A stretch of DNA of 35,297 nt from a virus (taxonomy: Duplodnaviria > Caudoviricetes). Shown here piece by piece: positions 18,864 to 26,947 of the stretch. The translations under genes and the position numbers were made by a program. Under the pieces are notes generated by a model. The model was not told where the DNA came from and made no database searches. It worked only from the letters and a program-made list of their open reading frames with translations. The number at the start of each line of letters is the position of its first letter. Within the stretch, counting starts at the first letter, position 1. The stretch is taken from positions 1 through 35,297 of IMG/VR virus record IMGVR_UViG_3300002092_000110, one strand, 5' to 3'.

Positions 18864-19685
18864 TTAGCGAAACAACTCCGCTAGAGTTAGCGGAAGCGGT
18901 ACCTCCGTGCCGCAAGACTGACATGGGATCTTAATTTCGCTTAATTGTGGGCCGGGGTTGCGGTTTGTAATCTCTTGCAAAATGTCTCTACGATCTTTTA
19001 AACTTAGTTTTCGAACATCGTCTAAACTAAATACTGGAACATCGTTAATAGACTCAATGCAGTTTTTCAAAAGAATTGTATCTAATTCTGCTGAAGTTTT
19101 ATTGGTAGACGTAACAATAGCTTTTTGCGTACTTCCAGTAGGAAGAGTTACTACTACATCTCCAACCTTACATTTAACGGTAAAAGTATGGTCTCCCTCA
19201 AGTTTTTTAAGGGGTACATCTTTGACCAAATCTATTTCAAATACTTGTTCTACACCACAGCTTGGGCATTCTCCTGGCCCAAGTTTAATCTCAGTACCAA
19301 AAGTAACATTTCTAATAGCTAGAAGTAAAAGCTCACGATCGCCAGCATAAAGAGAATCTAATGTTTCTTTATCTGCTGGTTCATCGCCAATTTTTACTGT
19401 AGCTCTTTCTAAAATAGTTAATAAAGCTTTACCTGGATCATTAATCTTAGAGATTAATTCTTCATCTATTCCATTGAGTTCTCTAATTTCTGCTGTAGAA
19501 ATTACCCCAAGAAAAGGGTCTCTTAAACCACCTAGTAACTCAACTGTAGTATCAGGCGGTGGCATAGTATTAGTTTTTAAAATACTACTAGCCACCACCG
19601 GATCCTGTGAAGTCATTGCTTTAGCAGCTAATTCATTTGCTAAAGCGGGGTTTTGTGCCGCATTTATAATCGTATCAGTTTCCAT
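18864..19685 (-). CDS. Tail/baseplate assembly chaperone (T4 gp26-like, Zn-binding)
   Basis: IRELNGIDEE, L..GDRELLLLAIR..TFG, CPSC and CQSC; between tube and tape measure. Confidence 0.8.
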   Translation of the reverse strand: METDTIINAAQNPALANELAAKAMTSQDPVVASSILKTNTMPPPDTTVELLGGLRDPFLGVISTAEIRELNGIDEELISKINDPGKALLTILERATVKIGDEPADKETLDSLYAGDRELLLLAIRNVTFGTEIKLGPGECPSCGVEQVFEIDLVKDVPLKKLEGDHTFTVKCKVGDVVVTLPTGSTQKAIVTSTNKTSAELDTILLKNCIESINDVPVFSLDDVRKLSLKDRRDILQEITNRNPGPQLSEIKIPCQSCGTEVPLPLTLAELFR

Positions 19686-19704
19686 GTTATTTACCTTTTT
19701 TAAT

Positions 19705-20328
19705 TTATCGTCCTAGGAAAGTTTTTCCATCGGCTGAACCAGTTGCAGTATAACCTGATGCATATTGTACATCCCAACCTTCATGTACTAGAACCATGTC
19801 TTCTACCATAAGGGTATTAGAGCCTGCATCTAGGTTACTGTAAGAAAGTGATGAGATCCAAGCATTATACACTCTAAAACGAAGTGAAGTATGTTGGTTT
19901 TCAGGAAGATCTGCTTGAGCTCCTGCACCTGTATCTGCTTGTGGGTTTGGATGACTTAGTACTTGGATATCAATGTCTGTACGAAATCCTTGTCCCACAC
20001 CTGTTGTAAGGCTAGGAGTTAGAACTGAGAACAAACGCTTCATCCATTTTGGATTTGAATCTTGTCCCAACATAACTCCTTTAGAGAGAGAAATTGGGGT
20101 AAATGCAGATTGACCAGGAATTTGATGGACGTTAGTATTGTATCCACCTTCACGGTAAGCAATTGGCTCAGTTGTTACACTAAGACCAGATAGAGATACA
20201 AACCCCATCTTCATTGGCTTATCGCCTTTGCTCCATTCTGTTGTTGGGTTAAAGGTTACTAGGAACTTAAAATTACGGACTGGGTCCGTCATTAAGGTAC
20301 TAAGTAGATTTTCTGTTGGTGATGCCAT
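19705..20328 (-). CDS. Tail tube protein (T4 gp19-like)
   Basis: DPVRNFKF, SGLS.TTE.I.YREGG, PGQ..F.PI.LSKG, NAW...L.Y..LDA...L.VE...L.HEG. Confidence 0.95.
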   Translation of the reverse strand: MASPTENLLSTLMTDPVRNFKFLVTFNPTTEWSKGDKPMKMGFVSLSGLSVTTEPIAYREGGYNTNVHQIPGQSAFTPISLSKGVMLGQDSNPKWMKRLFSVLTPSLTTGVGQGFRTDIDIQVLSHPNPQADTGAGAQADLPENQHTSLRFRVYNAWISSLSYSNLDAGSNTLMVEDMVLVHEGWDVQYASGYTATGSADGKTFLGR

Positions 20329-20343
20329 TTTTATTTATCTCCT

Positions 20344-22125
20344 TTACGCTGAAGCGTTTCCGGTTAGTTGTCCAAGCTTGATGACAACGAACTCTGCTGG
20401 GTATTCAAGGGCAACGCCAACTTCAATGTTAACTTTACCTTGCTGTATATCACTAAAGCTGGTTGTAGTTGTATCGCACTTTACGTAATATGCTTGAGTT
20501 GGGTTTGTTCCACGTAGACCACCTGATTGCCAATAAGCAAGCAAGAAGCTATTTAAATTAGTACGAATTTGAGACCATAGACGTGAGTCATTGTTCTCAA
20601 ACAAAGCAAATGATGTTAGATCATTCATTGACTTTTCGATGTAAATCAAAGAACGTCGAATGTTGATATAACGGTTGTTTGGTGTATTATCCAAAGTGCG
20701 GCCGCCCATGATAACAATACCTGCGCCAGGAACCTGACGAATAGCGTTAATAGGATCAACGCTTGTATTTATAGAATCGAGTTCAGCATTAGTAAACAAA
20801 TGTTCAGTAGATACAGCAAGAGCCATAACATTTTGAAGACCTGCTGGAGTCTTAGATGGACCACGAGTTGCATCAGTTGAAATATATTGACCAACAACAC
20901 CAGCACCAGGAGCCTGTAGGCGGGTTACGCCAATGCTCTTAGTTGGATCTGGGATGTTATACCAAGGATAATACGCTGCGGCAATATTTCCTGAAGTAGC
21001 TCCAGCAAAAATTGCATATGTTGCAGTTACTTGAGTTTGTGCAGCTGTTGCTGACATTCCAGAAGGAGTATCAATGATTGCAAAACAATCAGTACGAGAA
21101 GAAGCATAGACCACAGCATCTCCATGAATTTGTGCAGTTAAAGTACTTGTTGCAGCATATGGAGCATCTGGTGCATAAATAACCAATGGGTTAAGTACTG
21201 AGTCAAATGTTGTCCATGCAGAAGCATAGTCTGAACGAGCAACAGATGTACCTTCGCTTCCCCCAGAAAATGCAACAGGTGTTGTGTTAACTGCTGGAGA
21301 TTTTGTGTTATCTAAAGCATTAGAAATATTAATTACTGATGTAGCGTTAGAATTAACAACAGATAAAACAAAGTTTCTATCTGTAGAAGACATACTTAAA
21401 TCTGTATAAGATTCAAGCAAGGTTGTAGTTGAGTTTCCATTAACAGTTGTTGTCTGGTATACCTCAAGACCAAAACGGCTAGCAGATCCTGCAGATACAA
21501 TTTTAACTGAGTAAGCGCCAGACCAAGCTCCTGCATTAGCAGCATTAATAGTAAATACTGTATTAGAAGCTGTTGTTACGGTAACAGTGGCTGTAGCGGA
21601 AGCGCCAGTTACTGCAGTACCTGTAGCTGCACTTGTAACAGTAAACTGTGAACCTGAACGGGTAGCAATAGTTACGTTACTTAAGTTAAATGCTGTTGTT
21701 GAAAGACCAGTAATAGTTACTGTTTGACCAACGGCAAAGGTGTTAGTTGCTGTATATGTAATAGTTCCGCTAGCTGCAGAAGCTGCAGTTACGGTAGCAG
21801 TAGTGGTGGTAGTGGTTCCAGTACCATCGGTAATAGCGATAGTTCCTAGTCCAGCACCTGTTCCAATAACACGCTTTACATATAGATTGCGGCCACCATT
21901 AGCAAAAAAGTTATAGGCAGCCCAAGTAGTTGGGTAAAAGTCATTTAATCCACCAAAAGTCTTAACAAAATCTGTCCAAGTACTTACTAGAACAGGTGAT
22001 GATGTAGGACCTTGTGGAAGAACTCCAACAAATGCTCCCACAGCGTTTGCAGTATTTGCAGGCTGCACATCTTGTGGAAGAGACACTTCTTGGATATAGA
22101 CTCCGGGACGGGCAAGATTTGCCAT
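20344..22125 (-). CDS. Tail sheath protein
   Basis: RPGVYIQE, FFANGG..LYV.RV, AAYYPW, K.PAG, INAIR...G.RTL, YINIRR, FENND..LW, PAEFVVI; SD AAAGGAG. Confidence 0.96.
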   Translation of the reverse strand: MANLARPGVYIQEVSLPQDVQPANTANAVGAFVGVLPQGPTSSPVLVSTWTDFVKTFGGLNDFYPTTWAAYNFFANGGRNLYVKRVIGTGAGLGTIAITDGTGTTTTTTATVTAASAASGTITYTATNTFAVGQTVTITGLSTTAFNLSNVTIATRSGSQFTVTSAATGTAVTGASATATVTVTTASNTVFTINAANAGAWSGAYSVKIVSAGSASRFGLEVYQTTTVNGNSTTTLLESYTDLSMSSTDRNFVLSVVNSNATSVINISNALDNTKSPAVNTTPVAFSGGSEGTSVARSDYASAWTTFDSVLNPLVIYAPDAPYAATSTLTAQIHGDAVVYASSRTDCFAIIDTPSGMSATAAQTQVTATYAIFAGATSGNIAAAYYPWYNIPDPTKSIGVTRLQAPGAGVVGQYISTDATRGPSKTPAGLQNVMALAVSTEHLFTNAELDSINTSVDPINAIRQVPGAGIVIMGGRTLDNTPNNRYINIRRSLIYIEKSMNDLTSFALFENNDSRLWSQIRTNLNSFLLAYWQSGGLRGTNPTQAYYVKCDTTTTSFSDIQQGKVNIEVGVALEYPAEFVVIKLGQLTGNASA

Positions 22126-22158
22126 TCGGGGTTTCTCCTTTAGGGTTAGGTTGTTTTC

Positions 22159-22779
22159 TTAGTGAGACGGAGTTGTTTGCCAAATAGTTGCGTTTGGGGT
22201 AGTTTGATACCCGAGTGATGTATTGACATCCGTTACTTCGTAAACTGCACTGAGTTGATCAGGGAACAGTTCTGCGCTGATACGAATATTATAGACATTA
22301 CTGAATAAGCGTTTGCCACTTTCAGTAGTATCTCTTTTTGAGAAGCCCAACATATCTAGACGACGCATAGTGCTATCTTCTGGGATGGTGAGTTGCCCAA
22401 ATCTAAGTGGTAGTCTACCAGGTGCAAACAAGCTAGCAATAATCTGACGATCATGGCGAGGTTGACGTGCCCATGTTGAGACTTGGTAAATCAGGTCTAC
22501 AGGAATAGGAAAATTAACTGGTTGACTTTCAGTGGTGTAATTTGGAGTCATACCTTCAGGTGTATATGTAAGATCTACGCTTCCTCTGTGGGCACGTTCC
22601 GTATCCTCACGAACACCTACTAAATCTAAAGTTATATATGGGTAGCTTTGAGTACGAATATCTTTATCTGGCTGTCCATAATAAACCGCTACAGGACGGG
22701 CGGCATTTCCACCATCAGATACTGTAATGCCTGAAAGCAAAGTTTTTAGAGCAGCGTCTTCATTAATAATAAATGGCAT
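22159..22779 (-). CDS. Tail terminator/sheath stabiliser-like protein
   Basis: YPYITLDL...D..R and P.PVDL.YQV..W; immediately upstream of sheath. Confidence 0.7.
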   Translation of the reverse strand: MPFIINEDAALKTLLSGITVSDGGNAARPVAVYYGQPDKDIRTQSYPYITLDLVGVREDTERAHRGSVDLTYTPEGMTPNYTTESQPVNFPIPVDLIYQVSTWARQPRHDRQIIASLFAPGRLPLRFGQLTIPEDSTMRRLDMLGFSKRDTTESGKRLFSNVYNIRISAELFPDQLSAVYEVTDVNTSLGYQTTPNATIWQTTPSH

Positions 22780-23048
22780 TAATTAACCCCCAGTACAAAT
22801 GTGCGTAAAGCCGGGGCAGGAGGAACATGTTGAGTGCCATACTCTAATGTAAGTACAGATTCTTCAATACTTTGTGGGTAGGAAATAGAATGGCCAGTAC
22901 CGTTGTGAGAAATTTTAATATGGTTTGTAATATCTGCAGGCCAGCCATATGAAGTTGCATGGCTACGAAGCTTTGCAGTGTAGTGAGGGACTACTTGTTT
23001 TTCCGCTTTGACTATGGCGCTATTGAAGGTTTTCTTAATACTAGCCAC
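22779..23048 (-). CDS. Neck/tail-completion-like protein (89 aa)
   Basis: LEYGT...PPAPALR motif; start corrected to GTG 23048, overlapping the upstream stop. Confidence 0.65.
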   Translation of the reverse strand: MASIKKTFNSAIVKAEKQVVPHYTAKLRSHATSYGWPADITNHIKISHNGTGHSISYPQSIEESVLTLEYGTQHVPPAPALRTFVLGVN

Positions 23049-23202
23049 GGTTACGGAGCCACTTCGATAGCAGATACCCTGCAGCAAAACCAATAACGAG
23101 TTTCTTTTCACCGTTTTGGTTCAGGCTGGCTACGCCACGAACGAACTCCTGTTTATCGGCATCAGTCTCTTCACGAGCAAGCCGATTAGCTAAATTAATC
23201 AT
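23041..23202 (-). CDS. Small protein with C-terminal hydrophobic helix (53 aa), missed by ORF track
   Basis: MINLANRLAREETDADKQEFVRGVASLNQNGEKKLVIGFAAGYLLSKWLRNRG; SD GGAGG just upstream. Confidence 0.8.
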   Translation of the reverse strand: MINLANRLAREETDADKQEFVRGVASLNQNGEKKLVIGFAAGYLLSKWLRNRG

Positions 23203-23274
23203 AAATCCTCCATAGGAAGGCGCAGGGTGTTACAAGCAGGGTTCCAGATTACTCTGGCGTCAGTAGCAATCATA
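23203..23274 (-). promoter_or_regulatory. Candidate promoter and structured 5' leader of the tail operon
   Basis: TATGAT at 23274-23269; hairpin CCAGA-GTAA-TCTGG (23257-23244); ACCCTGC twice; CTTCC-TAT-GGAGG hairpin covering the SD. Confidence 0.5.
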
Positions 23275-23301
23275 AACGAAAAAGCCCCACATAGTGGGGC
23301 T
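23274..23301 (-). terminator. Rho-independent terminator
   Basis: AGCCCCAC-TAT-GTGGGGCT followed by TTTTCGTTT on the minus strand, 6 nt after the stop at 23308. Confidence 0.85.
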
Positions 23302-23307
23302 AAATCG

Positions 23308-23487
23308 TTACTTCTTTTTCTTAACCTTCTTGGCTAAGGCTTTGTCCATCTTCTCGTCTTCTTGTCGGGAAGGCTTCTTCTTATCCATCTTTTTATCCGC
23401 AGCTTCAAACTTCTTCTTCTGAGCTGGGGTCATACCTTTTTTAACTTTTTTATCTTGCTCTTTATCGGAGGTTTTTTTCTTTGTCAT
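23308..23487 (-). CDS. Lys-rich small protein (59 aa), missed by ORF track
   Basis: MTKKKTSDKEQDKKVKKGMTPAQKKKFEAADKKMDKKKPSRQEDEKMDKALAKKVKKKK; ATG directly follows the upstream TAA. Confidence 0.8.
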   Translation of the reverse strand: MTKKKTSDKEQDKKVKKGMTPAQKKKFEAADKKMDKKKPSRQEDEKMDKALAKKVKKKK

Positions 23488-23583
23488 TTACTTGCCTTTC
23501 TTAGTAGTAGGCTTAGTCGCCTTCTTCTTGCAAGCGCCTTTGCAGTTAGGCTTTGAACAGCCACAGCCACATGATTTGCACAT
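23488..23583 (-). CDS. Cys/Lys-rich metallothionein-like peptide (31 aa), missed by ORF track
   Basis: MCKSCGCGCSKPNCKGACKKKATKPTTKKGK; TAATG overlap with upstream gene; SD-like AAAGGT. Confidence 0.75.
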   Translation of the reverse strand: MCKSCGCGCSKPNCKGACKKKATKPTTKKGK

Positions 23584-23789
23584 TATTTTTTACCTTTCGT
23601 ATGAGGGTTCTTCTTATGCCATTCTTTAGTTGCCTTAACGCCTTCTTTTACAGTCTTAGCCCCGGCCTTCTTTGTGAGGTTAATTTTATCCCACTTAGGG
23701 TCATTTTTACCAGCATGGTCAACTATAACATCGCCCTGCTTGTTCTTCTTAACTACGTGGACTTTGCCACTAACCTTTACTTTTGCCAC
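23583..23789 (-). CDS. Small basic hypothetical protein
   Basis: 68 aa Lys-rich ORF, coupled to its neighbours. Confidence 0.75.
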   Translation of the reverse strand: MAKVKVSGKVHVVKKNKQGDVIVDHAGKNDPKWDKINLTKKAGAKTVKEGVKATKEWHKKNPHTKGKK

Positions 23790-23910
23790 TTTTTTTCTTT
23801 ACCTTTTCTGGAAGTTTTTTACCCTTAGGTGTCTTAGATTCAAACTCAGCAGCTAGCTTAGGGTCTTTAGCATAAAGAGCTCTACGCTGAGCCTGGGATT
23901 TAAAAGGCAT
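23770..23910 (-). CDS. Small basic hypothetical protein (46 aa, MPFKSQAQRR...)
   Basis: Start corrected to ATG 23910, 1 nt after the upstream stop; Lys-rich. Confidence 0.75.
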   Translation of the reverse strand: MPFKSQAQRRALYAKDPKLAAEFESKTPKGKKLPEKVKKKSGKSKG

Positions 23911-23911
23911 T

Positions 23912-24193
23912 TTATACCTGTGAGTACAGAACTGAAACCGCGTTAGCGGCAGTGCCTGCTGCTGAAATTGCGTAAAGAGCATCACTTGCGTGTAACCATA
24001 TTTGATAAGTTGCACCTGCTGCCACTACGTGACCTTTATTAGCTCCCGAAGTAGCAATTGTGGAGTCACCAAGAAAAATAGAGGCAGTATCATTATTTTG
24101 AACCGACACCGCCACATATTCGGTGATTGGTTCAATAGTGGTGAGAAGGGTAGCTGTAGAAGCTACTGTTTTATTAACGTGTACTATTGCCAT
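23912..24193 (-). CDS. Small beta-rich virion protein
   Basis: 93 aa, Ala/Thr/Val-rich, VQNND...IFLG...V pattern; SD AAAGGAG. Confidence 0.65.
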   Translation of the reverse strand: MAIVHVNKTVASTATLLTTIEPITEYVAVSVQNNDTASIFLGDSTIATSGANKGHVVAAGATYQIWLHASDALYAISAAGTAANAVSVLYSQV

Positions 24194-24202
24194 GGTTCTC
24201 CT

Positions 24203-24784
24203 TTATAGTGAAGTCTGATCAAAGGCAGTATAACCGGCATAGCGCTGGAACTGTGAATCATTGACTAGTTCTTCGGCGTTAACTTGCTCACAGGATATCT
24301 GGAGTAAGGTGTACTTGTTCTTAATTATACCCTGTGGGGAAACCTGTGTAGGGGAGAACACTTCATTTCTAAAGACTATTCGGTCACGTAGGAATGCATC
24401 AGGGTTGGACTCTACAGTAGATAACTGCCTAGCATTAGCAGCGTTTCCACCATAAAAATTTAAATGGTTTTCAATAACGTCAACATTTATAGTGACGGTC
24501 AAGATATCTGTGTTATAAAAACCGCGGTCATTCTGTACTGTAGCACCCTGCTCTAGATGAGCTGTAACTACAGGAATAGTAAATGGGGCAAGCCATTTAC
24601 GACCTCCGCCAATAATTGAGGAACCTACATCATAGATTGGATCTACAGAAGTATTAACTGCATCAAAGATCCACCAGTCTACAAGTTGACCAACGGTTTG
24701 TACTAATTCAGTAGTAGTACCAGAGACAAAAGACCCTCGCTCATACGCAACGTTAAAGCGGCCCTCTTTCTGGTCTCCACGCAT
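24203..24784 (-). CDS. Putative head-closure/neck protein
   Basis: DPIYDVG, RGFYNTD.L, DRIVFRNEVF; position upstream of neck and tail genes. Confidence 0.6.
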   Translation of the reverse strand: MRGDQKEGRFNVAYERGSFVSGTTTELVQTVGQLVDWWIFDAVNTSVDPIYDVGSSIIGGGRKWLAPFTIPVVTAHLEQGATVQNDRGFYNTDILTVTINVDVIENHLNFYGGNAANARQLSTVESNPDAFLRDRIVFRNEVFSPTQVSPQGIIKNKYTLLQISCEQVNAEELVNDSQFQRYAGYTAFDQTSL

Positions 24785-24786
24785 TT

Positions 24787-25035
24787 TTACTCCGTATCTT
24801 CCGGGTATTTACCCCATTTACCAATAGGACATGTTGCTAGATCTAACTTAGTTTTTGCTGCCATAAAACATCCGCACTTTAAACATTGCTTTGTCATTTT
24901 TTGAAAAAAAGGACAAGTTATACATATTACATATCTAGCTTCTGCTTTTTCTTTAGGAATTGTTTGACTTTTAAGTCTTAATAGATCTACAGGAGTAACG
25001 CCGTTTTTAGCTTTGTATTCTTCCCAAGGATTCAT
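24787..25035 (-). CDS. Small Cys-rich protein (DUF6171-like)
   Basis: R..ICITCP...QCLKCGCFM.AKT.L..ATCPIGKW. Confidence 0.7.
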   Translation of the reverse strand: MNPWEEYKAKNGVTPVDLLRLKSQTIPKEKAEARYVICITCPFFQKMTKQCLKCGCFMAAKTKLDLATCPIGKWGKYPEDTE

Positions 25036-25055
25036 TTTTGCCCCATCTATAAAAT

Positions 25056-25319
25056 TTAGTTACCAGCAGCCTTAGCACGTGCAACAAGAACATCTTCATA
25101 ACGAATGAATTTACCTGTGCTTGGGTTATATTCATCACCCGGCATAATTCTATCTGTATTAAAACCTAGATCAACAAAAATTGGGTTGCTTTTAAAAGCA
25201 GCAGCAGTGGACTCTTCAACAGCCATAACCTGTAGAACTTCGGTTCCAACAATAAGTGCTACCTTAGGCAGGTCATCACGGTATGGATCTATTTGTTGAT
25301 TATTTGAAACAGTAGCCAT
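25056..25319 (-). CDS. Hypothetical protein, paralogue of 26948-27283
   Basis: SD AGGAG; shared A.I...EV...M...E..AA...SNP...GD.Y...KF pattern. Confidence 0.75.
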   Translation of the reverse strand: MATVSNNQQIDPYRDDLPKVALIVGTEVLQVMAVEESTAAAFKSNPIFVDLGFNTDRIMPGDEYNPSTGKFIRYEDVLVARAKAAGN

Positions 25320-25344
25320 TAAAATCTCCTAAAATTAATTTACC

Positions 25345-25378
25345 AGTTTCCCATAGTATACAGGAAACTTATATAAGT
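25345..25378 (-). promoter_or_regulatory. Candidate promoter with overlapping inverted repeats
   Basis: Minus strand: ACTTATATAAGT palindrome overlapping AGTTTCC-TG-TATACT-ATG-GGAAACT, i.e. a TATACT box inside a 7-bp inverted repeat. Confidence 0.4.
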
Positions 25379-25391
25379 AAGACCTATAGTA

Positions 25392-26180
25392 TTAAAGATA
25401 CCGTTTTTTAGTGCGGTAAAGCTTTTTATAAACCCCGCCTACTTCCTTACCTCCGGGCCCTTGCCTATCTTTTTCGTACTGTTCTGTTAACAAATTTTGG
25501 CTTACCTTGAATTCATCGGAAGGTTTGGTAATAATTTTTGAAGACCACTCATCTCTTTTAAAAGGGGTAATTTGGGCTATAGGGGTCCCTGCGGGTAAAA
25601 TCCCACTAAAAGTATTCTTAACAAGAAATGGAAAATTTATAGGTCTAAAGTAAGAATCGGTATCTACAACCCCACCAAGGGTATAAAAGGGTAGGTAGGG
25701 GGCGTTAGCTGGATGGCTTATTAAAGTGCTATACCCGGCAGGAGTTTTGATTACATATGGGTTTGTCCATTTATATGCAAAAACGCAATACTCGGAAGAG
25801 AATGGCATCCCCCCAAGTTGTTCTATGGGGTGCATGGTTACTGGTTGATAGTTTGTATTAAAAGCCCCAGATATTGTATGGCAACCTTTTTTTTCGTCAT
25901 ACGTAAATGTATAGTCTCTAGCGGTAACAATATAATACCCTAAAGTTAAAACGTCTAATACAGGGATACAACGTTTAATCGTAAACTCAGTACGTTCAGG
26001 GTTTTGTATGTCACCAATAATAGGGGTTCTAATAGTAAGGTTTTTATACCAATCAGGTATGTTATCTATACCCCGCACTATATTTACAGGAGAAGTAGTT
26101 ACATCAGTGTCGGTAAGCAAAAACTCAATTGTATTATCTTCTGCTGGTGCAATACTTAATTTTTTATTATTTTTAAACAT
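25392..26180 (-). CDS. dUTPase-fold-like protein (DUF6065-like), paralogue 2
   Basis: PDWYK, KRCIPVLD...GY, NP..IKTPAGYS.L..HP, GVVDTD.Y, GTPIAQI.PFKR; start probably ATG 26180 or 26189. Confidence 0.7.
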   Translation of the reverse strand: MFKNNKKLSIAPAEDNTIEFLLTDTDVTTSPVNIVRGIDNIPDWYKNLTIRTPIIGDIQNPERTEFTIKRCIPVLDVLTLGYYIVTARDYTFTYDEKKGCHTISGAFNTNYQPVTMHPIEQLGGMPFSSEYCVFAYKWTNPYVIKTPAGYSTLISHPANAPYLPFYTLGGVVDTDSYFRPINFPFLVKNTFSGILPAGTPIAQITPFKRDEWSSKIITKPSDEFKVSQNLLTEQYEKDRQGPGGKEVGGVYKKLYRTKKRYL

Positions 26181-26931
26181 CTGTATCATTTTTGTATTTT
26201 TTAGGCACCCAAAGTTTAGATCTATAATAACCAAATTGCACAGACCTAGCTTTGTTAGCAATAAACTCTTCTTTAGGTCCAGCTACTCTAGAAGTAGCCA
26301 CCCATTCTTGTCTATTAATCGGTATTAATTGAGCAAAAGGAGTTCCTTTTTCAATAACACCTGTCCAATTTTCTTTAATAAAAAAGGGTATGTTTCCGTT
26401 AGGAACAAACCTATCACTATCTACTATAGCGGATAATGTTGTAAAAGGCAGTTGTGCTTGGTTTAAAGGGTGCGTAACAAGCACGCTCCATCCTTTAGGA
26501 ACTTTCCAACCCCATTTACTATCCCATACCATGTGATTATGAGAATGACCGGCAGGACGGGGAATCGTATATCCAATAGCTCCAGTTCTTTCTTTAACCA
26601 TTCTCCAATCAGTGGCGCTATAAATATGTTCCCCTTTAGAATTTTTATCTAAATATTTGTACTCAATTTCTACCCCATCATTTTTAATGACTTCAATATC
26701 AACCCAAGTAGTAAGAAAATAACCTGAGTTAAGGGCATCAAGAAAGGGCATGCAAGATTTCATACCTGCAGATTTTAAATCTGCTCTATCTATATCTAAA
26801 GCGCCACTTTCCCTATTAATAAAAGATTCCCCATCTTTCCACCAATTAGGCAAAATTGATGCTGCCGGTATTGGAATATTAATTGGTAAAGTAAAATTAG
26901 GATCTAATATAAACTCTATTTTTTTATACAT
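26173..26931 (-). CDS. dUTPase-fold-like protein (DUF6065-like), paralogue 1
   Basis: PNWWK, KSCMPFLD...GY, KVPKGWS.L..HP, AIVDSD.F, GTPFAQL.PI.R. Confidence 0.7.
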   Translation of the reverse strand: MYKKIEFILDPNFTLPINIPIPAASILPNWWKDGESFINRESGALDIDRADLKSAGMKSCMPFLDALNSGYFLTTWVDIEVIKNDGVEIEYKYLDKNSKGEHIYSATDWRMVKERTGAIGYTIPRPAGHSHNHMVWDSKWGWKVPKGWSVLVTHPLNQAQLPFTTLSAIVDSDRFVPNGNIPFFIKENWTGVIEKGTPFAQLIPINRQEWVATSRVAGPKEEFIANKARSVQFGYYRSKLWVPKKYKNDTDV

Positions 26932-26947
26932 TATATCTCCTTAAAAA

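Noticed and set aside
6950-22779. Extracellular contractile injection system/tailocin rather than phage
   Set aside because: Adjacent replication module, neck genes and HNH indicate a phage, although capsid and terminase genes lie outside the window
23203-23307. tRNA in the intergenic gap
   Set aside because: No cloverleaf or GTTCRA T-loop found by eye
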